64,000 bases of DNA from Prorocentrum cordatum (taxonomy: Eukaryota), in contig CAUYUJ010000001.1 in assembly GCA_963575745.1 (NCBI GenBank), forward strand, positions 868,001-932,000, in the 5' to 3' direction. Each line of letters begins with the position of its first letter. Positions within the stretch are counted from its first letter, which is position 1. The notes under the pieces are model-generated. The model was not told the DNA's origin, searched no databases, and saw only the letters and a program-made list of their open reading frames with translations. The position numbers and the translations under genes were made by a program. This document shows, piece after piece, positions 34,341 through 49,849 of the stretch.

Positions 34341-37300
34341 AGCCTTGGCGAGCGCAGCAGGGCTCCAGGGAGGCGTCGGGCCGCCCAGGGGGGCCTTGGG
34401 AGGGAGGGCCGACGCACGCCAGAGTCCCCCCTGGGGCTGCCCGAAGGCGCGTGCCTGGACGCTCCCCGGGGGCGCCCGAGGATGCCTGCCAGGGCGCTCC
34501 CCGGGGGCGCTCGGAGGTGCCTGCCAGGACGCTTCCGGGGCAGTGGTGCCTGGCGGCAGGTTGAGGCCGGAGGAGGGCCAGAAGTCCGCGCAGGACTTGT
34601 GCGCACAAGTGCCGCCATCTGGAGGCGCGGTGGATCCTCGGCCCTGAGAGCGGTGCACGGAGCACGGCTGTTCGGTCCTGAGAGCCGCAATCACTACGCC
34701 CCACGCCGCGCCGGAGCAGGGCAGGGAGGGAGTCCGGACGTGGTGCGGTGCATGGGCGCCGTTCTCGTAGGAAGGGCCGCGCTTCGTGGCCGTGGGCGGT
34801 ATCGAACGTCGGCGAACCTGCTCGATTCCTGAAATGAGTATTGTTATGTTTTCCCTTGGTAACTCCTTTGGGATGTTTGTCGGCCAGGCTCGTGTTTTTT
34901 TCTCATGTGATACTATTTCTCCGCAGCTTGTAAGCTCAGTCTTCTCATCTCCTCCATTTCGTCTCATCGGAACCCCATCTTGGGACAAACTGCGTCCTGC
35001 TTGTTCGTTGCTCGGGCATCCTGGTCGATCGATAGTTGAACGGTCTGTGCTAGTTGTTCGTCTCGTTGTTTACCCTTCTCCACGCTCCCTGCTGTTGCCG
35101 CCGCTGCCGCTTCTCCGCCATGCGGTATCGTGTTAAATTTCGTGGTTCGCTCCCAGTGGAGCTGCGCTCGTGGGGGCATGCCCCCCCGAACAAAAATGAC
35201 TCGTCAGTTTGCCCGTGGCTGACTCTGACCCCCAGAACGGTCCCGCGGATGGACAGCCTGCCGACTCCATACTCACACTTCTAAGGTTGGGATCGCGCCA
35301 TTGGGGTCTTGATGCATGATGGAAGATTAGCCTGGCGAAGGATCCAATCATATGCAGCTGGGAGCATCGCGGGGCAGGTGAAATGGAGGAGGGGGGCTAT
35401 CACAAGGACTGCGGCGTTCATAGGAAAAGGAACAGCGGGCAGGGGCTCGCGGGGGGATGTTTTGTTTTGCCCGGACCCCGAACTCAGACGTTATCGTGCA
35501 CATGTCCTTCCCATCTCGTTCGCCCGCCCTTGTTTCCGTTGTGCATTGCGTTCCTGCCCGCCAGGCGCCATGAAGCGAGGGGGTATGCCGAATCAGGTGC
35601 CGGGTGCAGGTTCGCCATGCGGACCCGGCCGCTGGGCCTTCGGTGGAACTCCCTATTGGGCCATGAAAGCGTATGGGGGGTGTGCCGAAACAGAAACAGG
35701 TGGAGGCAGAGGCAGGGATGGGAGGAGGGAAGAGGGAGCGGGAGGAGGAGGAAGTAGGAGCAAGGACGCGGGGTGCTGTCTCTTCAGAACGAGGACCCAA
35801 CTTCACAGGACGATTGGGAAAAATGAACCTGACCCCAGAAGTCTGAACCCCACAGCAGTCGCACGACATGTACACCCATCGATAATGTTAAGAAGAAGAA
35901 GCGACTTCAATGGAGTCTAGGTCTTGCTGAATAAGATCAAGAATCTAGACTGGGCCCTGGGCGTTTTCTTGGAACGTTCGTACATCTGGATCTGGACTAC
36001 GGTTTAAAATATTAGAGAGGCGTCCATGCTCTTAGCCCAAAAACTTGTAGCTCTAAGCAGCCCCAGCCGTCTGCCACGAGCCCGAGGATCGGGCGGACGG
36101 CAACGGTTCCGGTGCGGCCAAGAGGGGGGGGGGGGATGACGATGCAAAACACCATGTCAAAGCCGAACGGTGCAACCTCAGTTTGTCACGAGACCGGCTG
36201 AATGTAGACGAATAGCAAAAACAGACGACAAACACACAAAGGGGGGGGATCTCATGGCGGGGGCCGTGTTGTCTCCCCAAATGTCCTGGTGCCTCTTCTT
36301 ATTCCAGTGCGTCCCCAACCCGCCCCCCCTGGGCCGCGCACATGCCGCTGGCCATGATTTGCGCCCCACCCCACTCTTGGACGCCGCCCTCCTGGACGCC
36401 CCCGAGCGGCCTAAGCCGGAGCGGTGGAGGAGGCGCAGAGGGTCGGGGAGCAACACATGAGGCGTTCCAGCAAGGGCCTTGCCTTCGAGGATCGACGAAG
36501 TTGTCGTCTCTTCCTCGGCGGAAGGCGGCGGAAGTAAAATGGGGGCGGCTCCGCTGGCGGAAGACGGCGGAAAGTTGGCAGAAGCCTGCGGATGTAAAAA
36601 GTTGCCCTCCAAGAGAGGACAACATGTTTGGGTTCAGGGTTTCTGGAGCTGCCGAATGACATTACCTCCTGGCGGCGCCTCCAGCGCAGCCCCATGGCGC
36701 GCGGAGCGCGCCAGGGAGGGAGATCCAGTGCCGATCCGAGGAGTTCGCGCGGGCCTCCGAGTCTTTCTGTTTATGCCACTGTTTGTTCCCCTAGGTGGAG
36801 GGGGTGCCCAGGGAGGTGCAAAGGTATTCAAAATAGTTGACACGTGGATGCAGTAGTTTGCGGTCTGGGCGCAATCGTTGCGCGTGGATGTCAACCGCGC
36901 GCTCCAACTCGCGCCCCCCAGCAACAGTTGAGATGCAAGGAACAGTCAGCGCCCGCGTACACTGTATTGCACCTCCCCCTGTCCCCCCATTTGGGTTGCC
37001 CCCTTCGCTCACGCAGAAAACAGGGGAGGGGGCAATAAACGTAGTTAGGGGGATCGAGGGCTGCAGGAACATGGCCCAAAGCGGCCCCCAAACTGCCACC
37101 GCGAGCCCAAGAGGTGCACGAGAGGTGCACGCCTCTTTGCCCAACATATTCCCCCCCCCCCGCGTTAACGAACACCCGAGAGGAGGAGTTACGCGTACCA
37201 CTCGTGAACGCGCTGCATGTGTACCCCAGTTGTTTCAATATTCTCGATTTCTGACCGGGCCACGCTTTCTCCTCGTCGTCGTCCTCCTCCTCATCCTCCT

Positions 37301-38634
37301 CCTCCTCCTCCTCCTCCTCCTCCGGGCTTTTTTCCACGTTGTGGCGATCGCAGCGTTGAGCGGCGCTCCTGCGCCACACCCGCAGCACCCTAGTTGGTGC
37401 CAACGCGCGGGGGGGCGGTCTTTGGTGTCCTGGAGGTGATTCAGGGAGGTGGTGGAGGTGTGCTGACGTGAGGCATAGCATTAGATCTCTGCTCTGTGTG
37501 GCGGTGGAGGTTCGCCCATGATGTATGGTGTGCGTAGGTTTCGTGTCGGGTCGACGCGGCGCCGACCCCGCCGCGGGCGTTCAAGACGCCGCCGGTGGCC
37601 CAGAACCGGCCAATATGGAAAGATTTGGCGGTCGAAGAGTCACCGACCGTTCCAGGTGGAACCATCCACACGGTGTCAGAAACCATGACCGAAGTCGTCC
37701 CGACACGAACCCGCCGTAGCCAGCATTATCCGCCATGTCTTTCCTCGGATTACAGACTTTCAGTTTTATGCGCAAGGTGTGGTAGATTGGTCCGCTGGTC
37801 CTCGATCCAGGGGACTAGCGATCGTCACCGCATCCCACAGATCACGGGAGGGTTCGGCTCCTAGGGCTTTACATGTCGCGACAAGAGGAGGAGGGGTGAA
37901 GGAGGAGGATGGGGGAGAGCCACGAGGAGGAGCAAGAGGAGCAGAAGGAGGAGCACGGGAGGGGAATAAGAACACGTGGTCCAGGATCCTGAACCCCCCG
38001 ACGCCCCCAGGGATCCCCGGGACCAAAATCCTCGATCGTCGCGGGCAAAGTTTAGCCAGCGGGCGTTATGCTTCCGCGCCCTGTGCCCACCTGCGCCGCC
38101 CCCGAGGCCGCCGACTTGGGGTCGGTCGGCCCGGCCGCTCCGACGAGGACGTTGCAGCCGCTGCCGCAGCAGGAGCAGCCGCAGCGGCCGCAGCCGCTGC
38201 AGCCGCAGCAGCGGCAGCAGCCTCTAAGGACCTGGGGGCCCAGAAATCATTGAGGATAAAGGAGCCCCTAACCCGAATTACACAGTGAAGACGTGGCCTC
38301 ACTGAGGTCCCCGTCTTCGCATTAGGGATATTAAGTTTGGGCGATTCCGTTTGATACATCTGCACAAATGACCCTATCCCTAATGGTTTTGGCCTCCTAA
38401 TTTAGGTCCCCCACAAAATGGTTAGGGGTGCTTCAACTGCGTATCAAGAAAGGCGCGGCCCAGGAAGCTCCGAGGAGGTAGATCAAGCGGTGCCGCTGCT
38501 CGTCCTGGAGAGCCCGCGTCGCGACAGCCGGACGGTCCTTGACTTGTGGGTCAGATTGTTTGCAGCGCGGACACAATGCACCAGCGGCGTCGAAGTCCGC
38601 AACCCGACGGACACTGAGCGAAGGTCGGAGACCT

Positions 38635-38822
38635 GGGAGGCAAGCCAGGGCTCGGGCGTCGTGGGCAGAGAATGGAAGAAGAGACGGAGGAAAGGAGGAA
38701 AGCAACTGCTCATTCTTCTTGCTACTATTATTGTTCTTCTTTGGGAGGCGAGCCAGGGCCCAGGCGTCGTGGGCAGAGGATGGAAGAAGAGACGGAGGCA
38801 GGGAGGGGGGCAACTGCTCCCG
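38635..38822 (+). repeat. Local direct duplication of a ~75-bp segment
   Basis: tgggaggc.agccagggc.c.ggcgtcgtgggcagag.atggaagaagagacggagg occurs twice. Confidence 0.85.
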
Positions 38823-40189
38823 CTCGCCGATCGGCTCACGGCCGCGCAGCTCACAGCCCTGCGCACTCGAGTCATGGAGCCCGGAGGGGCGCTGCTGCTC
38901 CCCACCGTGCTGCCGGACGCCGCACTGCCCGTCGACGGTCAGCTGCTCACAGCCGCGCTGCCCGCCACACTGCAGCTCCCACTCCACGATTCCGCGTGGC
39001 GCTGCAGATCCCCAATGTGGAAACAGACATCGTGCTGCGTATCTTCGCCGTGCTGCCCAACCGGGCGGAATTGCGGGCAGTTATCCGGCCGCCACACGCC
39101 AAGATCGGACGCGCTGCCAGGACACGAAACCCATAGTTCCGAAGTGTGTGGTGACATCCTCTTGGTGCCACCCCGCCGATGGCGGCATCCTGCTGCCGCT
39201 ACGTGGAGCCATGAGCCATGGTGCTGCACTCCGCCACGCTGCCAGACGAGTTAGGCGCTCAGAGCCGAGGTGCTGCGCTCCGTCGTGCTGCCTCGCCGTC
39301 CAGGACCCGCCTCCCCCATGCTAAATCGTGCTCTTCCGGCGTGGACCTCACAGCGCAACGGCCCGGACGCCGCCCCGGGGCAGTGCCGCGGCAGTCTGTT
39401 CGCTCCGCCGCGCCGCCGCGCAGGGCCCGACCGCCCCAGGGAGGGCTTCTGGCCCCATTCCCCGGCGTGGGCGCGCGGCACCTCCCGACGTTGCCGCCCC
39501 GCCCACGGTCTGTCCACCCGAGAAGGGGGCAGGGCCAGTCCGCCGTCCGCCCCGGCATGTCCTCTTCACCAGCGCCAGGGGCGCGGCCGCCGCCCTGGAG
39601 GCTGCGGCAGCGGTTGCCGCGGCTGGCGTGCCGCTCGGGGGATCGGGGGCTCCGCGTCTGGGCGTTGCGGCTCGTTTACGGGCGCGGGCCTGGGTGAGGT
39701 GCGCGCCTCTTGGACGCTCCTTGGGCGCGCGCCTCGGTCTGGCTGGGAGCAAAGTCAAGCTTTACCATTGGAGTCGGAACGGTGTCGTGTGTGTGTGTGT
39801 CCTCCCCGTGCTGCTCGACGGTGGATGTCAGAGTCGTGGTGATGCACACCGTCGTGCAGCTCATCGTTGTGCTGCGGGCATTCGTTGTGGCACTCGACGA
39901 AGGAAAGAGCGCGTTCTGTGGCCGCTTGGAGGGGGCGGGAGGGGTCCGGAACCGCCCCCCCCCTGGTTCAAGAGGGGAGGGGGGGTTCGAACCCCCCCCC
40001 CTTGGCCTGCGCTGGCGCCGACGGCGGCCCCCCTCCCCCTCCTGGGCCGGCGGCAGCTGGCAGCGGCGGCGGGGAGCGTCGACGTGGACGACGATTCAAG
40101 AGGGAGAGGAGGGGTTCGAACCCCCCCATTCCTCCTCTGGGCCGGCGCCCGCGCCAGCGCCAGCTGGTGGCGGTGGCGCTGCGGCCGGT

Positions 40190-43190
<3,001 letters not shown>

Positions 43191-43204
43191 GTGTGAGGCA
43201 GTTT

Positions 43205-43810
43205 TGAGGCCTCTTGGGGGCCGTGTTGGGGCCTTTTGGGGCCTCTTGAGGGCCTCTTGGGGCTTCTTGGTGTGCCTGTTGGGGGCCCCTTCGGGCCTCT
43301 CTGGGGCCTCTTCAGGACTCCTGGGGTCCTCTTAGGGCTGAAGGCTGGACTTTTCGATCCCCGTCTTGCATCCCTCTTGGGGCCGTCTTGCGGCCCTCTT
43401 GGGCCATCTTGGGCGCCTCTTCGGCCGTCTTGGGGTCATCTTGGGCCGTCTTGGGGCCCTCTTGGAGGATTCTTGCGCCGCCTTGGGGCGGCCTTGGGAG
43501 CCTCTTGGGCCGTCTTGGAGCGTCGGAAAGCTGAGAAGGCGAGAAGGCCAGAATCTTTCGAAAACCATTGTAAAATTAACGATTTGGGCCTCTCGGGGCC
43601 TACTTGGGGCTCTCTTGGGAGGCCTCTTGGTGGCCGATTCGGGGGTCTTGCACGCGTCGTGGGCCGTCTGGAAGCCATCGTGGGTGTCTCGGGCCATCTG
43701 GAGACCATCTTGAGCGTTTTGGAACGACCTTTCGTCGACTCGGGGCCTCTTGGGCCATGTAGGGGGCGTCCAGGCGCCCTCTTGGCGCGCTCCTGGAGCG
43801 CCCTGGGGGA
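43205..43810. repeat. GGGGCCTCTT-type short-period satellite-like repeat
   Basis: Tandem degenerate 10-11-bp units. Confidence 0.75.
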
Positions 43811-46800
43811 GTCAGCCGGGCCTCGCCCAGGCATCGCTCAGGCATCGCCCGGGGTACTGTTCGTCCAGGGGTCCCCAGGGACCGCCACGCGCGCGCGAAC
43901 TAGAAATATTGTTCTGTTACTACCGGAGATCTTAGCACGCCTCTGGCCCGTTGGGCCGGTGCATTTGAGGTCTGGGCCCGGCAATATTCCAGGAGCCAGG
44001 GCCGAGGACAGAGGACTACAAGGGACCTTGTCGTCGTCGTCTTCGTCCTGGTCATCGTCGTCGCGTCGCCGCCGTTGGCGCTGACGGCCGCCGCCACCGC
44101 CTGCGCTGGGAGGACGGGGGGGGGGTCGGGGAGGGGCGGAGGGGGGGCGGGGAGTCCCCCTGGTTCTGTTCGACGGCGCCGAATGTTCAGGGGGGGACCC
44201 CCCTGGTTCAAACGCGCCGCCGAATGTTCCCAAGGCAAGCGCCCGTGAAACGCGCTCCCTCCCACGAAGGGATGCAGGCTCCCGTCCTGCCGCGCGATGG
44301 CCGATGGTGTGTGTCAGAGTCGCATTGCTGTGCTCCGTCGTGCAGCTCCGCGCCGCAGTGCTTGGTTTCGACGGGTGTGCCGGCGACATAATGCAAGTAT
44401 CCGCCTGGCTGCACCACGTGGGATACCAGAGTCATGGTGCTGCGCTCCGTCTTGGTGCTCAGCATCGTGCTGCTGGTGCCCGTCGTGCTGCCGGGAGACG
44501 TTTGCACATGCCGTGCCCGCCCAGCTGCACAATGATGGATGACACGGGCGTGGGGCTGCACTCCGTCGCGCTGCGCAGCGTCGCGCCACTGGTACCCGTC
44601 GTGATGCTCGTCGGCATGATGCGAAGACTCATCCTCAGAGGCCTTAGAAGTTGGCGCCATTACCAGTGCCGGCGGTTGCCTCCACCGAGGGAAGATGATC
44701 CTGTTTTCGGTAGGGGTTAAGAAGTGGGCTTCTTAGGTGGCCGAGAGATTTCCAGCAGCACCGACGTCCAGGATCATTTTCACTTGGTGTAGGCAATCCC
44801 CTGTGTGTGCTGCCGAGCCTCCAACATCCTGCTGTTGGATGGTAGATGCGACCAGGCGATGCACACCGTCCTGCTGTTCGTCGTCGTGTTGCTGCTGTTT
44901 GTCGCGTTTCTCTGCGACGTGCTGCAGGTAGTGTGCTCGTCCTGCTGCTCACTGGCGGTTGTCGGAGCCGTGGCATTGGTATCTTCCGTTTTCTTCACGA
45001 CTCGATCGATGTTCCATAGGACGTGTGTTAGTCCAAGCGTGTGTTTACCCCGCTCGGTTCCGCCGACAGCGCGCAGCCTGTGTCGGCCCTCGTTGCGCCT
45101 CCTGCGTCGTATTGAAGGGCCTCAGTGAGCAAACACACGTTGGCACTAGCACACGTTCTGAGGATCATCGACTCGAGCACGCTTTGACAAAACTGCACCA
45201 GCGAGCCCAGCGGCGGGCGGCGCCACCGCGGGACGGCGAACGGCGGACGGAACGACCGGGGAGGCGCTCATGGGCGAAAGCTGCGTGCGCACGGGGCGCT
45301 CCAGACAGCGCCTCCCCTTTCGGCGCAGCTCGCCTCGGGCAGGAGGTCAGCGGAAGGCCAGCGGAACGTGGTGGAAACAAATCGGGGAAACGTAAGACTC
45401 GAGTAATTAAGCCGGAACTCGGGTTTGCCGAAGTTTTTTGAGTTTGCCGAAGTTTTTTGACGAGCGCGTCCTGGATTTCGACGGTCCAGTGTTCGTGGGA
45501 TGTTTGCAGCGGGAGCTCGCGTCAAAATTCAGATGGGGTCTGGTCATTTTCATGATGGCCCCGTCAGGCCAACCCGAGTCCCCTGTACCCGAGTCTTACG
45601 TCTCCCCGAACAAAGCGAGACGTCGACGTTTTTGAGTTCAGGTTTCTTGAAGATTGCCGCATGCGGCCGCATGTCTTCCCAGCGCCGGTCCATCGCGTTG
45701 GCAGATTCGTGGGTCCCCCGAGAGGGCTCTCCAGCAGGTGGCCCCCGCCTACTCCATACGTGAGTCCAGCCTTGTGCTTTGCTAGCTCTCACGCCAGTAG
45801 CTCGTAAACTGGCTTGCAGCCGAGAAGGAGGCTCGAAAGTGGTCGGGCGGGGCCAGGACGGGAATGAGTGTTCCGGAGCGCTGTCAGAGCGTTCCGGAGC
45901 GCTCTGGAACGGCGTCGGTGCTTGATGTATTTTCCAGGGCCGCCGGATCACCGCTCGTCTTGGGTTCGGCGTGCATCATTTGCACATGTCACCCAGCCGC
46001 TACGTGATGGTTCATTTTTGTTGTTTCCCGAGGTCTTTGTGGAGCACTCCTCAGCAGCATCGCCAGCCCCTATCCCGAAGCATCGCGCCCTCAGTCCCGC
46101 CCAACAGGAGCAAGAAAAATCACGATAGAGAAATATGATGGGGGCGTCGGTTAAGGAACGTACCAAGGAGGCTTCTTCAGACTTTCTGGGTCGGAAGTGA
46201 TATCCATGGCCAATCCAGGATTGGAGTTCCACCGGCTTCCACACCCTGGATTCCTCATCCAGTGGTTCCTTATCCCATGTGTTCACCGTATATGGAACGA
46301 CATTGCCGATAGGAGCAGAAGGTGGCGTGCAAACATAGATATGCAACCCGCCGAGCACTCAAGTACGCGTCGGGCTCGATGAGTGCGATGCTATCGGCGG
46401 CGGTGGATGAGCCATCATCGTGAAACAGCGATTCCCTCCATCAACGGCGACGAGTTCGATGGCGACTACGAGTAGTTAAGGGAATAAACAGCGAGGTCAT
46501 GATGCAACGACTTGGAAGTTGTATTCAGCATCGGCGCTTGCCTATCCGTGTTCGAAAATCGGACAAGCCCGGCATAAACTTGGCGGACTTCCGCCCAAAC
46601 AAGTTGAATCCCGCACACTCGGATTTAATCGTGGGTTTAGTCAGGGCTAATCTGGCTGAGTGGCACTTCGCCAGGCTTAACAGCCCCCCATCGATTGACG
46701 AAGACCTCCCAGGAGTTGCTTCCTAAGTTAGGACACCTTCGGGACCCAAACAGCACTAGAGCACCAGGGCAACCATCGGAAATCGATTCGGGCACTCTCG

Positions 46801-48965
46801 GGCCGCGATCTAAAACCAAGGGGGCACCATCGGGACACCATCGGGACATCGCCGTGACACTGGGACAGGACGCCACCCGGGACGCCACCAGGAATTCGCG
46901 CTTGCCGCCCGCCTCGAGCATCAGGAGGGGGCACTGTTTCTCCTGGCCTCTGGGCATCCTTTTCGAGCGACAGCGACTTGGGTGGGCGTTGCTGAATGGG
47001 CATGGGGCGATAACAGGGAGATGGAGAAACGTGCACCTTTCGTTCCCATTCTGAGTCCCAGTGGGCCCCTTCAGGGCCCCTAAGGTGCACAAAAGGTGCA
47101 CTTTTCTTCGCCCTCCCATCTATCTCCCCCCTCGGTACGCAACGCCCGGCCTGGGCAACTCGCGCACGGCCACGCACGCACGCCACGCGCATAACGACGA
47201 CGTCACACCGCCACGCACGTCACGGCCCGCCACGCGCAACACGACGCCGCACGCACGTCGCGCACGTCGCGTGCGGCACGACGATGGCGTGAGCGGGTTC
47301 GCATCAGCTTGCGCACGCACACACAGGCGTCGGGCGCTCGCGAACGATGGAGACTCCAGCGATGCGGTATTTTTCCGTGCGCGGTCCCTGCGAGGTGCCG
47401 ACCCCTTCCGCGAGGCCGGCTTTTCGACCCCGAGCAATGTGTTCTGGCCCCGGGGCCCGATGACCGGCCCTGGATATCGAAATCGAGGGAATACGCCAGG
47501 ATCAACAAAACTATAACCGTTGGAAGTCTGAAGCTGCCTAGGGGCAGGGCATCGTCGGACTGACACGGCGGAGGAACAAAAATCACATCGTCGGAGATCC
47601 AATGGGTCGTCCCCGCGAGGACGCCAGCTGCGCACCCAGAGCAGCAGCCACCACAGCAACAGCCGCCAGAGCAGGCGGCGCAGCCCGAGGTTATGGAGGC
47701 CCGATCGGGTCAGCGTTAGCGGGGGTCGGCTTACAGTGGGGGCACGCATCAAGAAGCCATATGCTTTTCGTCAGGGTGCCCTGGATTTCTTCGCTCCTCG
47801 CCCTGCGCGGTGCCTTCCCGCGGCCGTTGAAGAAGCTGCTGCGTTCAGAGCGCCCTGGGCTTCCCCCCAGTCACACCTCTCGTGCGGGTCTTCAGGGCTG
47901 GGTTTCTTGCGAGGGTTTCTTGCGGCAGCGCCCGCACTGTCGGGGGCAACGTTGCGGGATAAGCTACCGAGGAGACCGTGTTTTCTCCCCTGGCGATAAC
48001 AGGAATGACCTTAGGGGGAAGCCAGGGAGGGGGCCAGTCACGTCACGATTCGCGCTGGCGTCGTCTGGAAGTGCCTAAGAATGGCTAGTTCCCAGACGGC
48101 CCGATCTGGGGCAACGTTCGGGGGGGATGGGCTTATGGGGCAATGTTCGAGGATAGGCTCACTCGATGTCTGTTCATGGAAGAAGCTCTGGGCTGCGACA
48201 TTGACACCAGCTACCCCTGCATCTGGCTCGCATTTGGACCGCATCGGGTCCTTCCTCCTGCTCCTCCTCGCCCCTCCTGTTCCTCATCCCCCTCCTCGTC
48301 GGTCTCGTCTCCCTTGTGAATGGGCAGACCCAGTACAAATCTGGTCCAGATCCAGTCCCACCTGTGCTCCAAGTCCAATCCAAATCAGGCCCAAATCAGA
48401 CAGCGGCAGGGACCACGTCGGCTCCCATGGAACAGGCACCAAAGGCTCAGGAGATGTTCGAGGTGTTCGAACGTGCTCGTCGATGTCGGTTGTTTCGCCT
48501 CGGGATGCTTTCCAGGGGCTGCGCCTCGTCGAGAGCGTTCCGGGGGGTGCTCTGATCGTCCCGAACGGCCGCCGGAGACACGAGTTAGGCCGCACTGTCG
48601 AAGCTGACCCCCGCTTCTGAACCTGTTTGCTCACGCGGTGGCGGATGTTGCATGTAGCGCGCAGGGATATTGCACTCGAGCTTTTTTCGCGTCCCCAAAC
48701 TTGAGGGCACCAAGAAGACTAGGATCACTGGCTCAGGGAGTAATGCATTGACCCCCAATCGCTGATAGGGGCCCGATAGGCCACCCCGCCCAGGCAGGTG
48801 CGGATTTGATATTTGGGGCCCATCGCCGATCTATCGGCAATGTATCGCCGAATCCAGGTCGATGTTTCCCCCCGAGCTGGTCTTCCCTTCTCGTCTTCCC
48901 TCATTCGTGTATGCATCCCTGCGCGCATGTGTGTACGCACATCTCTACGCACGACGGTCAGCATT

Positions 48966-48980
48966 CTCTCTCTCTTTTTT

Positions 48981-49031
<51 letters not shown>

Positions 49032-49032
49032 G

Positions 49033-49076
<44 letters not shown>
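48966..49076. repeat. (CT)n microsatellite
   Basis: Directly visible. Confidence 0.95.
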
Positions 49077-49077
<1 letters not shown>

Positions 49078-49594
49078 AACGCAGTCTCAACAGCGCTCGT
49101 CTGTGCACAGAACGCGGCGCAGCCACGTCCAGCGCCGACGTTCGTGTGTAGATGCCGTGTGTTTTCGATGATGGGGTCATGGGTCAAATTACATGCACGT
49201 GCTTGATAACAGTCTGATGCAGCCTTCGGCGTGACCTGGTCTGACCCCACCAGTGCCGAAAAGCCCGTCACAAGAATTGCACTTATGCCGTGCAGCTCCG
49301 CTGCAGCCAATACGTAACATGTGTGGCAGGGGTCGAGTTACTGGGCAAGAGGGCGCGACTCAGCAGGCACGCGCACAGCATTCAGCACGCCAACGCTTAC
49401 CCTCCACCTGTTGTTTTGTATGACCCTTTGCAAACATCCGGAGCACTTCAAACATGTCATAGTCATCATCACTTGCCATTTCCCGTCCCCCTGTTCCTTT
49501 CCCGTTCTCTCCCTCATCCTCCTACCTCGTCCTCCTCCTCCCCGTACCTCATTCAGGTTCCCCCTCCTCCCCCTGGCTCCCCCCGATATTCCTC

Positions 49595-49777
49595 CTACCT
49601 CCTCTTCCTCTTTCTCCTCCTCCTCCTCCTCCTCCTCCTCCTCCTCCTCCTCCTCCTCCTCCTCCTCCTCTTCCTCCGCCTCTTCCCCCTCCTCCTTTTG
49701 TCACGCTCCGCATTATTATCCTCCTCGTCCTCCTCCTCCTCCTCCTCCTCCTCCTCCTCCTCTTTCCCCCTCCTCCT
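49595..49777 (+). repeat. (TCC)n microsatellite
   Basis: Directly visible. Confidence 0.95.
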
Positions 49778-49849
49778 GTTGCAAGCTGGGCGGAAGAGAT
49801 CGTCAGGGCAGCGCGCACCGCCAACATGCCAGTCCATAGCTTGCGTTGA

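Noticed and set aside
39975..40130. tRNA genes suggested by GGTTCGAACCC
   Set aside because: No cloverleaf or A-box context is visible.
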